64,000 nucleotides of DNA from Burkholderiales bacterium (GCA_965279115.1 OZ257137.1:433847-497846), one strand, 5' to 3'. Counted from the stretch's first letter, positions 28,460-38,258 are shown. Notes: generated by a model not told the origin, from the letters alone. Numbers and translations are program-made.

Positions 28460-29383
28460 ATGCAAAATTCTCATGCGAAGCAGGAACTTCGCCAGGCCCT
28501 GCCGCCGCTGGACTCGTTGCGCGGCTTCGAGGCGGCGGCGCGTCACCTGAGTTTCACCCGTGCGGCCGCGGACCTGTTCGTCACCCAATCGGCGATCAGC
28601 CGGCAGGTCAAGAGCGTCGAGTCGGCCATCGGCGTGCCGCTGTTCCAGCGCTTCAACCGCCGCCTCGAACTCACCCCGGCGGGTGAGCGCCTGTTCGGTG
28701 CGGTCAGCCGCGCACTGGCGGGGCTGGATGCCGCGATCGTCGATATCAAGGGGCCCCTCGCCAGTGTCGTCACGGTCACGACCCCGTTGTCCTTCGCGTC
28801 GCTGTGGCTGGTGCCGCGCCTGTCCGCGTTTCGCGCGCGCCATCCTGAGATCGACATCCGCATCGCCGCCAACGACAGCATCCTTTCGCTAGAACGCGAA
28901 CGCATGGACTGCGCGATCCGCTTCTGCGAGCCCGCTTCGGCGCCGCGCGATGCCGTGCCGCTGATGAGCGAAGAGGCGTTCCCGGTCGCCAGCCCCGCCC
29001 TGATCCGCAGGAAGCGCCTGAAAAGCCCGGCGGACCTGGCCGCGCATGTGCTGTTGCGCTATGCGGACTCCCACCTGGTGCCTTGGCTGGACTGGAGCAC
29101 CTGGCTCTCCGCCTGGGGCATGGCGGACCTGAAGCCGGCCGGCACTCTGACCTTCTCGCACTACGACCAGTTGATCGCCGCCGCGGTCGAAGGCGAAGGC
29201 GTGGCCATCGGCCGCACACCGCATGTGGCGCGCCTGGTGCGCCAGGGCAAGCTGGCGCTGCCATTCAACGAAAGGCTGGCGGCGGCGCGGCAGTACTTCG
29301 TGGTGGTGTCGCGCGGCAGCCGCGCGCGACCGGAGGTGGGTGCCTTCGCCGACTGGGTGCTGGCCGCCGCGCGCGGCGAATGA
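28460..29383 (+). CDS. LysR family transcriptional regulator (GcvA-like)
   Basis: LPPLDSLRGFEAAARHLSFTRAAADLFVTQSAISRQVKSVESAIGVPLFQR wHTH. 307 aa. Confidence 0.9.
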   Translation: MQNSHAKQELRQALPPLDSLRGFEAAARHLSFTRAAADLFVTQSAISRQVKSVESAIGVPLFQRFNRRLELTPAGERLFGAVSRALAGLDAAIVDIKGPLASVVTVTTPLSFASLWLVPRLSAFRARHPEIDIRIAANDSILSLERERMDCAIRFCEPASAPRDAVPLMSEEAFPVASPALIRRKRLKSPADLAAHVLLRYADSHLVPWLDWSTWLSAWGMADLKPAGTLTFSHYDQLIAAAVEGEGVAIGRTPHVARLVRQGKLALPFNERLAAARQYFVVVSRGSRARPEVGAFADWVLAAARGE

Positions 29384-29412
29384 ACCGCCGGCCCGACGCA
29401 GTCTTCGATACG

Positions 29413-30189
29413 CTACTTCAGGAAGCCGCTGGTGATTTCCACTGCCACGGACAATTCGTCATTGCGCGGGTCGTCGAGCGCCAGCAGGCGCCGCAGTTCC
29501 GGCGAGAGCGCCGCCTGGGTTTCCGGCCGCAACAGGCGTTTCTGGTACTGCTGCTGCGGCTTGTCGCCACGGCAGTAGAAGCTGTGCAGCGCGGCACGCG
29601 GCCGCCCGGTGTTGTTGGCCTCGCCGCCGTGCCAGAGGTGGGCGTTCATCACCACCACCGTGCCGGCACGGCCAGTGAGCAGGACCTCCCCCGGATGATG
29701 ATCGCGCGGGTTTTCGGGCAGGCGTTTCAGCAGGTGCGTGCCGGGCACCGCGCGCGTCGGTCCGTTCGCGGTGGTGAAGTCATCCAGCATCCAGATGCAG
29801 TTGCACACCCAGTAGCCGCGTTCGTCTGGGAGCGCGCCCATGTCGCAATGCAGGGGCTGACTGGTGCCGTTCATCGGCAGGGCGATGCGTACATTCAGGC
29901 TGGAGAGCTTGAAATCGGCGCCCAGCACCTGTCCCACCGCCGCGAGGATCGCCGGCATGGCGATGGCTTGCCGAAACACCTCCCCCTTGTCGACGCAGTT
30001 GGCCAGGCGCAGCGCGCCGGGTTCATGCTTGAACTCGGCCCCCGCGCGCTCGCCCTCGGCCGCCGTGATCTCGGCGATCGTGGCGCGCATTTGCGCCAGC
30101 ATCTGCGCCGGCATGAAGTCCGGCAGGACCGTATAGCCATTGGTCTCGAGTTCGCGCCGCGCCTGGGCGGGGATTTCCTGGATCTGCAT
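29413..30189 (-). CDS. phytanoyl-CoA dioxygenase (PhyH) family Fe(II)/2-oxoglutarate oxygenase
   Basis: GYTVLPDF, the H-x-D facial triad (PLHCDMG), and distal [26 protein letters not shown] 30189 (MQIQEIP) follows AAGGA. Confidence 0.75.
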   Translation of the reverse strand: MQIQEIPAQARRELETNGYTVLPDFMPAQMLAQMRATIAEITAAEGERAGAEFKHEPGALRLANCVDKGEVFRQAIAMPAILAAVGQVLGADFKLSSLNVRIALPMNGTSQPLHCDMGALPDERGYWVCNCIWMLDDFTTANGPTRAVPGTHLLKRLPENPRDHHPGEVLLTGRAGTVVVMNAHLWHGGEANNTGRPRAALHSFYCRGDKPQQQYQKRLLRPETQAALSPELRRLLALDDPRNDELSVAVEITSGFLK

Positions 30190-30351
30190 TTCGGATTCCT
30201 TCAGAGAACCGGCCCGGCAATGGAGCAAGGCACGGCAGGGCCGCTCGCCACAGTTTATTATCCCGGGATGCCCCCGTGCTTGCGGCGCCTCCGGCCGCTT
30301 GTTACGATGGTTTGATCAGGCGCCGGTATGGGCCGCTCCAGCAAGGAACCC

Positions 30352-30885
30352 ATGGCCGATCCGTCCGACTCCGCTTTCGCTGCCCCGCCAGCCGCGCCGC
30401 TCAACCCGTATGCCTCGCCCAAGGCGGCAGTGGCGCACCAGGCGGGCGACGGCGCCGAACTCGCCGCGCGCTCGCAACGGCTCACTGCGGCGATCATGGA
30501 CTACCTGGTCTTTTTCGTTCCGCTGGGCGTTGCGCTGATCCCCATGTTCATGGCCTCCGGACGCATGGCCACCGGCGTCATCGCCGGGCTACTGGCGGGT
30601 GGCCTGGCGTTTCTCGCCATCGTCATACGCAACTGCCTTCTGCTGGCGGGCAATGGCCAGACCATCGGCAAGAAGGCGGTCGGCATCCGTGTGGTGCGTA
30701 CCGACGGCTCTGATGCCGGTTTTGTGCGCCTGTTCTTCCTGCGCGGCGGCCTGTCCTGGCTGCTGGCCGCGATTCCGGGGATAGGCAACCTTTATGCGCT
30801 GATCGATGTGCTGTTCATTTTCCGCGAAGACCGCCGCTGCCTGCACGACCTGATCGCCGACACCAAGGTGGTCGAAGCTGGATAA
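30352..30885 (+). CDS. RDD family membrane protein (first gene of the MoxR/DUF58 membrane operon)
   Basis: Pro/Ala-rich N-terminus with NPYASP, then RSQRLTAAIMDYLVFF..GQTIGKKAVGIRVV..CLHDLIADTKVV. ATG 30352 has an AAGGA RBS. The track start at 30328 is also possible. Confidence 0.8.
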   Translation: MADPSDSAFAAPPAAPLNPYASPKAAVAHQAGDGAELAARSQRLTAAIMDYLVFFVPLGVALIPMFMASGRMATGVIAGLLAGGLAFLAIVIRNCLLLAGNGQTIGKKAVGIRVVRTDGSDAGFVRLFFLRGGLSWLLAAIPGIGNLYALIDVLFIFREDRRCLHDLIADTKVVEAG

Positions 30886-30907
30886 CCGCACGCAGAGCGG
30901 AGTTGCG

Positions 30908-31591
30908 ATGCTCGACACGCTGCGTCGCGTACCCACGCCAGAGGGGTTCGAACTGACCTTGCGGCTGGCCGGGCCGGTGCCGCGCGCGCTGGCCTATGCG
31001 GTCGATCTCGCCATCAGGGTCGCTCTGTTCGCCGCCTTTTCGATGTCGCTGTCGCTGTTTCGCGGCGGCGGCACCGGCCTGATGCTGATCGCCGCCTTCC
31101 TGCTGGAATGGTTCTATCCGGTGGCGTTTGAAGTCTGGTGGTCCGGCGCCACCCCCGGCAAGCGCGCCTTCGGCCTGGCGGTGCTGGGCGATAACGGCAC
31201 GCCGGTGTCCTTCGGCGCCTCGGTCACCCGCAACCTGCTGCGCGCGGTCGACTTCCTGCCGATGCTGTATGCCTTCGGCCTGGTTTCCATGCTGCTGTCG
31301 CGCGACTTCAAGCGCCTCGGCGACCTTGCCGCCGGTACCATCGTGGTGTATCGCGACCGCCCTGGTGCAAGGGCCCCGATACCCGCCGCCCCGCCGCTGG
31401 CGCCGGCGGTGGCATTGAGCCTCGAGGAGCGCCGCGCCGTCCTTGACTTCGCCGAGCGCCATGCCACCCTCAGCGAGGAGCGCGCCGACGAGGTCGCCGC
31501 GCATGCCGTGCCGCTGCTACGCCGCGGCATGGCGCCGGCTCGCGCGCTGCTGGGCGTCGCCAACCACCAGCGCGGGGGCAAGCCGACATGA
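30908..31591 (+). CDS. RDD family membrane protein with C-terminal helical extension
   Basis: RALAYAVDLAIRV..GATPGKRAFGLAVLGDNG..RLGDLAAGTIVVYR. Confidence 0.8.
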   Translation: MLDTLRRVPTPEGFELTLRLAGPVPRALAYAVDLAIRVALFAAFSMSLSLFRGGGTGLMLIAAFLLEWFYPVAFEVWWSGATPGKRAFGLAVLGDNGTPVSFGASVTRNLLRAVDFLPMLYAFGLVSMLLSRDFKRLGDLAAGTIVVYRDRPGARAPIPAAPPLAPAVALSLEERRAVLDFAERHATLSEERADEVAAHAVPLLRRGMAPARALLGVANHQRGGKPT

Positions 31592-32577
31592 ACCAGGCCC
31601 AGTTCGAAGCCAGGCACACCGACGAGTGGCGCGAGTTCGAATCCTGGCTCGACGCCCTGGGCTCGCGCAAGCAGGCGTCCGCCGGCGTCAACGCGCGCCG
31701 CTGGCCGCATCGCTATCGCGCCGTGGCGCACCACCTGGCGCTCGCGCGCGACCGTGCCTACGGCCCCGAACTGGTGGACCGCCTGCAGCATCTCGCCCTG
31801 CGCGGCCACCAGGCGCTCTACGGCAGCCGCGGCAACGCCATCGGCGCGGTCATCGAATTCATCGGCAGCGGTTTTCCGAAGCTGGTGCGGCGCGAGTCGA
31901 CCTTTGTCTGGATCGCCATCGCGCTGCTGTTCATTCCGCTCCTGGGCCTGATCGCCGTGCTGCTGCGCTGGCCCGAATTCGTCCACTACCTGGCCAGTCC
32001 CGAGCAACTGTCGCAGTACGAGTCCATGTACGCGCCGTCGAACCGAGCGCTCGGCCCGCAGCACAAGGCCGAGAGCCAGGTGATGATGTTCGGCTACTAC
32101 ATCTGGAACAACGTCAAGATCGATTTCCAGTGCTTTGCCGGCGGCCTGCTGTTCGGCGTCGGCTCGGTCTTCTTCATGCTGTTCAACGGCATGATGATAG
32201 GCGCGGTGGCCGGCCATCTCACCCAGCTGGGCTACATCCCCACGTTCTGGGGATTCGTCGCCGGCCACAGTTCGTGGGAGCTGCTGGGCGCCGCCATTTC
32301 CGGCGCGGCCGGCCTGAAGATCGGGTGGGCCCTGATCGCGCCGGGACCGCATGCGCGCAAGGCGGCGCTCATGATCGCGTCGCGCACCGCGGTGCGCCTG
32401 CTCTACGGTGCCGCCGGCATGACCATCTGCGCGGCCTTCATCGAGGCGTTCTGGTCATCGCTGCGCAACCTGCCTGCCGAGCTCAAGTACGCCGTCGGCA
32501 TCGCGTTCTGGGTGTTGTTCCTGCTTTACTTCCTGTTCGCCGGCCGCAGCCGGGAGGCAGCCGTCAATGGAGATTGA
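31588..32577 (+). CDS. stage II sporulation protein M-like (DUF95) polytopic membrane protein
   Basis: ATGA overlap with the upstream gene. An N-terminal cytoplasmic helical region is followed by ~6 TM segments with IWNNVKIDFQCFAGGLLFGVGSVFFMLFNGMMIG and HSSWELLGAAISGAAG, typical of SpoIIM/DUF95. Confidence 0.7.
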   Translation: MNQAQFEARHTDEWREFESWLDALGSRKQASAGVNARRWPHRYRAVAHHLALARDRAYGPELVDRLQHLALRGHQALYGSRGNAIGAVIEFIGSGFPKLVRRESTFVWIAIALLFIPLLGLIAVLLRWPEFVHYLASPEQLSQYESMYAPSNRALGPQHKAESQVMMFGYYIWNNVKIDFQCFAGGLLFGVGSVFFMLFNGMMIGAVAGHLTQLGYIPTFWGFVAGHSSWELLGAAISGAAGLKIGWALIAPGPHARKAALMIASRTAVRLLYGAAGMTICAAFIEAFWSSLRNLPAELKYAVGIAFWVLFLLYFLFAGRSREAAVNGD

Positions 32578-34072
32578 CAAGCTCTCGCTGGCCCTGCGCG
32601 CGCGTAACGCCTGGGAGGCCTTCGACCTCGGCATTGCACTGGCGCGCCGCACCGGATTGCCGCTGTTCGCGGGTTTCGCCGTGCCCTACGTGATCTTCGC
32701 GCTCCTGGTCAATCTTGCCTTGTGGGGCCAGCCCGCGATGGCGGCCATCGTGGTGTGGTGGTTCAAGCCGGCTTTCGACCGCATCGCCCTGCACGTGCTG
32801 GCGCAGGCGGTGTTCGGCACCGCGCCGGGCACGCGCGCCATCCTGCGCAGCCTTGCCACGGTTCCGCGCAACGGGCTCTTGGCCTCGCTCACGGTGCAGC
32901 GCTTCGACTTCGCGCGCAGTTTCCACCTGCCGGTCGCCCAGCTCGAGGGACAGACCGGCCGTGCCGGCCGCGCGCGCCGCGCCCTGCTTGACCGGCGCAC
33001 CCGCAGCCATGCCGTCTGGCTGGCGATCGTGATCATCCACTTCCTCTATGTGCTGGTGCTCGGTTTCGACGGGCTGCTGCGACTGCTCGCGCCTGAAGGC
33101 ATGCACTTCGGCTTCAATTTCGGCGACCTGTTCGCCGGCCGATCGCAAGGCGACGATGGCCTCGCGTCCCAGTACCTCTTCAATGCCGCGCTGCTGGCGG
33201 CGGAATGCATCCTCGAACCGCTGTATGTGGCAGCCGGCTTCACCCTTTACCTGAGCCGCCGCACGTCGCTGGAAGGCTGGGACCTGGAGATCGCCTTCCG
33301 GCGCCTGGCTGCGCGCCATGGCGGCAAGGCCGCGACCATGCTGGCAATGCTGCTGGCGCTGGGATTGGCCGGCGGCGAATCCGCACAGGCGGCCACCGCA
33401 CCGGCGGCGAGCGCCGAGAAGCGCGCCATCGCCGAGATCCTCAAGTCACCGGATTTTCGCGAGTACGAGGAGACAAAATCCTGGAAACGCAAGGGCGAAC
33501 CTCCGGACGAGGTTCCGGAGTTGCGGCGCCCTGACCGCCTGTTCGAATTTCTCGGCAAGCTCGCGCAGGTCATGGCGGAATTGATGCGCATTCTCGCCTG
33601 GGGCGCCGCCATTTTTGTCGCCGGCTGGCTTCTTTACCAGATCAGCCAGCGCCTTGGCTGGTTCCGCGGCGCCTTCAAGCGCGCCGAACCCTGGCGGCCC
33701 GAAGTGATGTTCGGCATGGACCTGCGCCCGGAGTCGCTGCCCGCCGACATCGCCGCCGCCGCGCGCGCAAGACTGGCCGAGGATGACCTGCGCGGCGCCC
33801 TGTCGCTCCTGTATCGCGGCGCGCTCGCCGGACTGGTGCATGAACGCAACCTCGCCCTGGGCGAGGGCGACACCGAAGGCGATTGCGTGCGCCGCGTCGG
33901 CGCGACCGCCCCGGCGGCACTTGCAACCTTCTTCGCGCGCCTGGTCGATACCTGGGGATTGCTCGCGTATGGTCGCCGCATGCCGGAGGCCAGTGACGTC
34001 GGGCATCTGGTCAATGAATGGGAGCAACATTTTGGCGGTGCCCGCCCGGTTGCCCCGGGAGCGCAGGCATGA
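32567..34072 (+). CDS. membrane protein with C-terminal DUF4129-like domain
   Basis: GGGAGG RBS and an 11-nt overlap with the upstream gene. Several N-terminal TM segments. The C-terminal region (ARARLAEDDLRGALSLLYRGALAGLVHERNLALGEGDTEGDC) matches the DUF4129 helix pattern seen at the end of TgpA-type transglutaminases. Confidence 0.6.
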   Translation: MEIDKLSLALRARNAWEAFDLGIALARRTGLPLFAGFAVPYVIFALLVNLALWGQPAMAAIVVWWFKPAFDRIALHVLAQAVFGTAPGTRAILRSLATVPRNGLLASLTVQRFDFARSFHLPVAQLEGQTGRAGRARRALLDRRTRSHAVWLAIVIIHFLYVLVLGFDGLLRLLAPEGMHFGFNFGDLFAGRSQGDDGLASQYLFNAALLAAECILEPLYVAAGFTLYLSRRTSLEGWDLEIAFRRLAARHGGKAATMLAMLLALGLAGGESAQAATAPAASAEKRAIAEILKSPDFREYEETKSWKRKGEPPDEVPELRRPDRLFEFLGKLAQVMAELMRILAWGAAIFVAGWLLYQISQRLGWFRGAFKRAEPWRPEVMFGMDLRPESLPADIAAAARARLAEDDLRGALSLLYRGALAGLVHERNLALGEGDTEGDCVRRVGATAPAALATFFARLVDTWGLLAYGRRMPEASDVGHLVNEWEQHFGGARPVAPGAQA

Positions 34073-35253
34073 AGCGCGTTCCCCTCGTGCCCGCGCTCGC
34101 AGTCCTGCTGGCCATCGGTGCCGCCGTGTGGTGGTGGACGAATTTCGAGCAGGTCGCCGAGACGATCTACGTCGGGCTCTCGGGCAAGGCGAAAAGCGAC
34201 CCGCACCTGGCATTCAAGCGGCTGCTGGCGGCCAGCGGGCTGCACTTCGAGGAGACCGCGCCTGCCCAGACGCCGGATGCCGCGATCGCCGCCTTGCCGC
34301 GCGGCGGTGTTCTGCTGCTGCAGACGCGCCGCGACGTGTTGATGACGCCGGCGCGCATCGAGGCGCTGTTGCGCTGGGTATCCGCCGGCGGCCACCTGAT
34401 CGTCGCGGCCGAGCCGGTATCCCGCGCCGATCCGCTGCTCGCGCAACTGGGCATCGCGCGCGAGCTCATGCGCGCCCCGGCGGCCAAGGGTGGCAAGCCC
34501 GGCCCGCTGACACGACGCATCGCGCTGCCGCTGGCGGGTGCTGCAAGGCCGCTGGAAATCGAAATGACGGCCCCGATCATCCTCAAGGCGTCCCGCCTTG
34601 CCGAGTGGTCGGCCGACGACGCCTTCGGCACCCGCATGCTTTCGCAGAAGCGCCAGGCAGGGCGCGTTACCGTCGCGGCCGATCTCGGCTGGATCGCCTA
34701 TCGCGGCACCGGCGGCAACCCCGATCCGGGAAGGCAACCCGGCCATATCGGCAAACTCGATCACGCCGAAGCCATCGTCGCCCTGGCGCGCCTGGACGCA
34801 CGCGCCGCCGGCGTGCGCTTGCTGGGCGGCGGTTCCGCGCTTTCGCTGTGGGTCTGGCTGCAGGAAAACGCGTGGGCCGCGCTGGCCAGCCTGGGCATGT
34901 TGCTGCTGCTGTGGCTGTGGCGCGTGGTGCCGCGTTTCGGCCCGCTGGCGGCGCCCGAGTCGGGCGGCGAGCTGCGCCTTTCGAGCCACCTCGAAGCCAG
35001 CGGCAGGTTCTATCGCCGCCATCTGCCGATCGAGGCGATCCACCAGGGACTGTCGCGCGCATTCCTGCAGCGCCTGGCGGAGCGCCGCCCCGCCGTCGCC
35101 GCACGCGCGGCACGCGAGCGCAATGCCGAACTGGCACGCATGTGCGGTGCCAGCCCGCAAGCGGTCGCGCGCGCGCTCGACGTGCCGGCCACCTCGGCGG
35201 GCGACTTCATTCGCAGCGCCATCCTCATCAAACGCCTGGAGCAGGCGCTGTGA
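34069..35253 (+). CDS. DUF4350-like protein (N-terminal TM anchor)
   Basis: ATGA overlap. The TM anchor ALAVLLAIGAAVWWW is followed by LPRGGVLLLQTRRDVLMTPARIEALLRWVSAGGHLIVAAEP, the DUF4350 core. Confidence 0.6.
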   Translation: MKRVPLVPALAVLLAIGAAVWWWTNFEQVAETIYVGLSGKAKSDPHLAFKRLLAASGLHFEETAPAQTPDAAIAALPRGGVLLLQTRRDVLMTPARIEALLRWVSAGGHLIVAAEPVSRADPLLAQLGIARELMRAPAAKGGKPGPLTRRIALPLAGAARPLEIEMTAPIILKASRLAEWSADDAFGTRMLSQKRQAGRVTVAADLGWIAYRGTGGNPDPGRQPGHIGKLDHAEAIVALARLDARAAGVRLLGGGSALSLWVWLQENAWAALASLGMLLLLWLWRVVPRFGPLAAPESGGELRLSSHLEASGRFYRRHLPIEAIHQGLSRAFLQRLAERRPAVAARAARERNAELARMCGASPQAVARALDVPATSAGDFIRSAILIKRLEQAL

Positions 35254-35313
35254 ACCCGCGTCCGGCGGCCATAGCGCCCTGCCGAAAACCCCGCTTCGCC
35301 CAAAGGAACCCCC

Positions 35314-36288
35314 ATGCCGCTCTCAGATGAACAAACCAGCCAGGCCCAGCGCTTCCTCACCTCGGTGAGGGCAGAGGTATCCGGCGCCGTGATCGGCCAG
35401 CCCGACGTCATCGACCAGGTGCTCATCGCGCTGGCCGCCGCGGGCCATGTGCTGATCGAAGGCGTGCCGGGTCTGGGCAAGACGCTTCTGGTGCGGGCGA
35501 TTTCGCGCACCTTCGACGGCGCATTCGGGCGCATCCAGTTCACCCCCGACCTGATGCCGGCCGACGTCACCGGCCACGCCATCTATGACCCTTCCAGCGG
35601 CCAGTTCACCACCCGCAAGGGACCGGTGTTCACCAACCTGCTCCTGGCCGACGAGATCAACCGCGCGCCTGCCAAGACCCAGGCCGCACTGCTGGAGGTG
35701 ATGCAGGAGGCGCAGGTCACCATCGACGGGGTATCGCATCCGCTGCCGGCGCCCTTCATGGTGCTGGCCACGCAAAACCCGGTGGAACAGGAAGGCACCT
35801 ATCCCCTGCCCGAGGCGCAGCTCGACCGCTTCCTGCTCAAGGTGCGCATCGGCTACCCCTCGCATGCCGACGAGGTGGCGATGATAGGCGCGGTCACCGG
35901 CGGCAAGGCCGGGGACAAGCTCGCGGTCGACAATGTGCGCGCGCTGGTCAAGCCGCAGGCCGTGCAGGCCCTGCAGCAGATGGCGGCGCAGGTGCAGGTG
36001 GAGGCGGAGGTGCTCGACTACGCGGTGCGCATCGTCCGCAAGACCCGCGAGTTCCCCGCCTTTTCCAGCGGCGCCGGATCGCGCGGCGGCCTGGCGCTGG
36101 TGCGCGCGGCGCGCGCGCAGGCCCTGTTCGGCGGCCGCGGCTTTGTCACACCCGACGACATCAAGCAGGTCGCGCTGCCCGCCCTGCGCCACCGCGTGCG
36201 CCCCGCGCCCGAGCAGGAGATCGAGGGCCGCGATGCCGACGTCCTGCTTGCGGCCATGCTTGAACAGGTGCCGGCGCCGCGCAAATGA
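35314..36288 (+). CDS. MoxR family AAA+ ATPase
   Basis: Walker A GVPGLGKT, Walker B LLADEINRA, VLATQNPVEQEGTYPLPEAQLDRF, and arginine finger region GAGSRGGLALVRAARA. Confidence 0.92.
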   Translation: MPLSDEQTSQAQRFLTSVRAEVSGAVIGQPDVIDQVLIALAAAGHVLIEGVPGLGKTLLVRAISRTFDGAFGRIQFTPDLMPADVTGHAIYDPSSGQFTTRKGPVFTNLLLADEINRAPAKTQAALLEVMQEAQVTIDGVSHPLPAPFMVLATQNPVEQEGTYPLPEAQLDRFLLKVRIGYPSHADEVAMIGAVTGGKAGDKLAVDNVRALVKPQAVQALQQMAAQVQVEAEVLDYAVRIVRKTREFPAFSSGAGSRGGLALVRAARAQALFGGRGFVTPDDIKQVALPALRHRVRPAPEQEIEGRDADVLLAAMLEQVPAPRK

Positions 36289-36316
36289 CTTCCCGGCGAT
36301 CCGCCTGACCGACAAG

Positions 36317-37636
36317 ATGTCGCGCCCGTCTCCCACGCTCCTCGCCCTGGCGTTCGCCTGGCTTGCGCTTGGCGCACTGGCGGCCGCCTTGCCACCGGTC
36401 ACCGACGTATGGCGCGTCGCCGGTCTGCTTGCGGCCGTGGCGATGGTCGCGGACTGGCTGCTCGTCCGCGCGGATGCGGGCCTCACGGTCGAGCGCAGCC
36501 TGCCCGGCTCGTTGCCTGTCGGTGTGGCCGGCGAAGTCCAACTGTCGGTCGCCAATCGCGGACGCCGCAACCTGCGCCTGACCCTGCATGACCACCATCC
36601 GGCCGAGGGCACTGCCGAGGGCCTGCCGCTTTCGCTTGCACTCCCGTCAGGCAAGGTGGCGCGCACCGTCTACCGGTTCACGCCGCTGCAACGCGGTGCC
36701 GCCAGCTTCGGCCTGTGCGACCTCAGGGTGCTGTCGCCGCTGCGCCTGTGGGAGCGCAAGATCCGATGCGGGACGCCCACGCCGGTGCGGGTGTTTCCCA
36801 ACTTCGCGGCGCTCACGCGCTACGCGCTTTTCGCCACCGACAACCGCCTGTCGCAGATCGGCATCCTGACGCGCCGGCGTCGCGGCGAAGGGCTGGACTT
36901 CCACCAGTTGCGCGAGTACCGCGAGGGCGATTCGCAACGCCAGATCGACTGGAACGCTACTTCGCGCATGCGCCGCCTGATCACCCGCGAATATCGCGAG
37001 GAACGCGACCAGCAGATCGTGTTCCTGATCGACTGCGGCCGGCGCATGTCGGCCAGCGACACCGACGCGCGCCACCTGCGCCATTTCGACCATGTGTTGA
37101 ACGCCGCCCTGCTGCTGGGCTATGTGAGCCTGCGCCAGGGCGATGCCGTCGGCTACATGACCTTTGGCACCGCATCGCCGCGCTTCCTCGCCCCGCGCAA
37201 GTCGGGCGCCACCGTCAACCTGCTGCTGGCGGGCCTCTACGACATCCAGCCCGGCCTGATGATGCCCGACTACTACCAGGCGGCACTGGATTGCTCGAAG
37301 CGCCTGTCGCGCCGCGCCCTGGTGATCATCCTCACCAACCTGCGCGACGAGGACGACGACGAACTCGCCCCCGCCCTGAAGCTGCTCTCCGCCCGGCACC
37401 TGGTAATGCTGGCGTCGCTGCGCGAACCGTCCCTCGATGAAACCCTTGCGCGCCCGGTCACCGGCCAGGACAGTGCCCTCACCTATGCCGCCGCGCTCGA
37501 CTACCGCGAGGAGCGCAACCGCGCCTTGAAGCGCGTCCAGCTGGGTGGCGCGCAGGTACTTGATGTCACGCCGAATTCGCTGCCGGTGGCGCTGGTGAAC
37601 CGCTACCTGGAGATCAAGCGCGCCGGGATGCTTTGA
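36317..37636 (+). CDS. DUF58 domain-containing protein (VWA-like partner of MoxR)
   Basis: Two N-terminal TM segments, then GEGLDFHQLREYREGDSQRQIDWNATSRMRRLITREYREERDQQIVFLIDCGRRMS, the DUF58 signature. Internal ATG 36317 of track ORF 35933..37636. Confidence 0.88.
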   Translation: MSRPSPTLLALAFAWLALGALAAALPPVTDVWRVAGLLAAVAMVADWLLVRADAGLTVERSLPGSLPVGVAGEVQLSVANRGRRNLRLTLHDHHPAEGTAEGLPLSLALPSGKVARTVYRFTPLQRGAASFGLCDLRVLSPLRLWERKIRCGTPTPVRVFPNFAALTRYALFATDNRLSQIGILTRRRRGEGLDFHQLREYREGDSQRQIDWNATSRMRRLITREYREERDQQIVFLIDCGRRMSASDTDARHLRHFDHVLNAALLLGYVSLRQGDAVGYMTFGTASPRFLAPRKSGATVNLLLAGLYDIQPGLMMPDYYQAALDCSKRLSRRALVIILTNLRDEDDDELAPALKLLSARHLVMLASLREPSLDETLARPVTGQDSALTYAAALDYREERNRALKRVQLGGAQVLDVTPNSLPVALVNRYLEIKRAGML

Positions 37637-37637
37637 G

Positions 37638-38258
37638 ATGGCAGGAACCAACAATCCATACGCCCCGCCGCAGGCCGACTTGTCCGGCGGCGGCTTGCGC
37701 GACGCCCTGTTCAGGGATGGCAAGGTCCTGGTTGCCGCGCGCGATGCCGCCTTTCCGGCACGCTGTATCCGCTGCAACGCCGCCACCGGTACCCGGACCT
37801 ATTCGCGCAAGCTCAGCTGGACACCCCCCGGCTGGTCCGGCCTGTATGCGCTCGGGCTGCTCATGCCGGTGCATCCGGCCTTTGGCCTGGGCTTGCTGGC
37901 CGCATTGATCATGACAAACGTGAAGCGCAGGTCAGCCGAGGTGGAGTACCCGCTGTGCGCCCGCCACGCACGCCGGCTCGAGGTAGGACGCATCGTGCTC
38001 TGCGGCGGCATCGCCGTCATGCTGCCGCTGTTTGCATGGGCCTTCATGAGCCTGGGAGGCACAACGCTTTACTACCGATTGCCTCCGGAAGCCGCGATGG
38101 CAGTATTCGCATGCGTGTTTCCGTGGGGGATTTTCGTGGGGCTCTCCAACCGCACCATCATCGCAAAGAAAATCACCGACACGACGCTTCACCTGGGGGG
38201 CTGCGGCGACGCCTTCCTCGCTTCGCTGCCGACGCTGGCGGCAACGAAGCGCGATTGA
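37638..38258 (+). CDS. hypothetical membrane protein, last gene of the MoxR/DUF58 operon
   Basis: The ATG is 1 nt after the DUF58 stop. N-terminal NPYAPPQADL motif, C-x-x-C (CIRCNA) plus a distal C-x-x-H (CARH), and 3-4 hydrophobic segments. Confidence 0.6.
   Translation: MAGTNNPYAPPQADLSGGGLRDALFRDGKVLVAARDAAFPARCIRCNAATGTRTYSRKLSWTPPGWSGLYALGLLMPVHPAFGLGLLAALIMTNVKRRSAEVEYPLCARHARRLEVGRIVLCGGIAVMLPLFAWAFMSLGGTTLYYRLPPEAAMAVFACVFPWGIFVGLSNRTIIAKKITDTTLHLGGCGDAFLASLPTLAATKRD

Noticed and set aside
33634-35160. 508-aa ORF on the - strand. The same applies to the similar long antisense ORFs 45088..46698, 58439..60247, 35323..36666, 31114..32352, 36647..37786, 62465..63925 and 15179..16282.
   Set aside because: All are antisense or out of frame relative to genes with strong family signatures. 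They are Arg/Ala/Gly/Pro-rich, and none has a motif I recognise.
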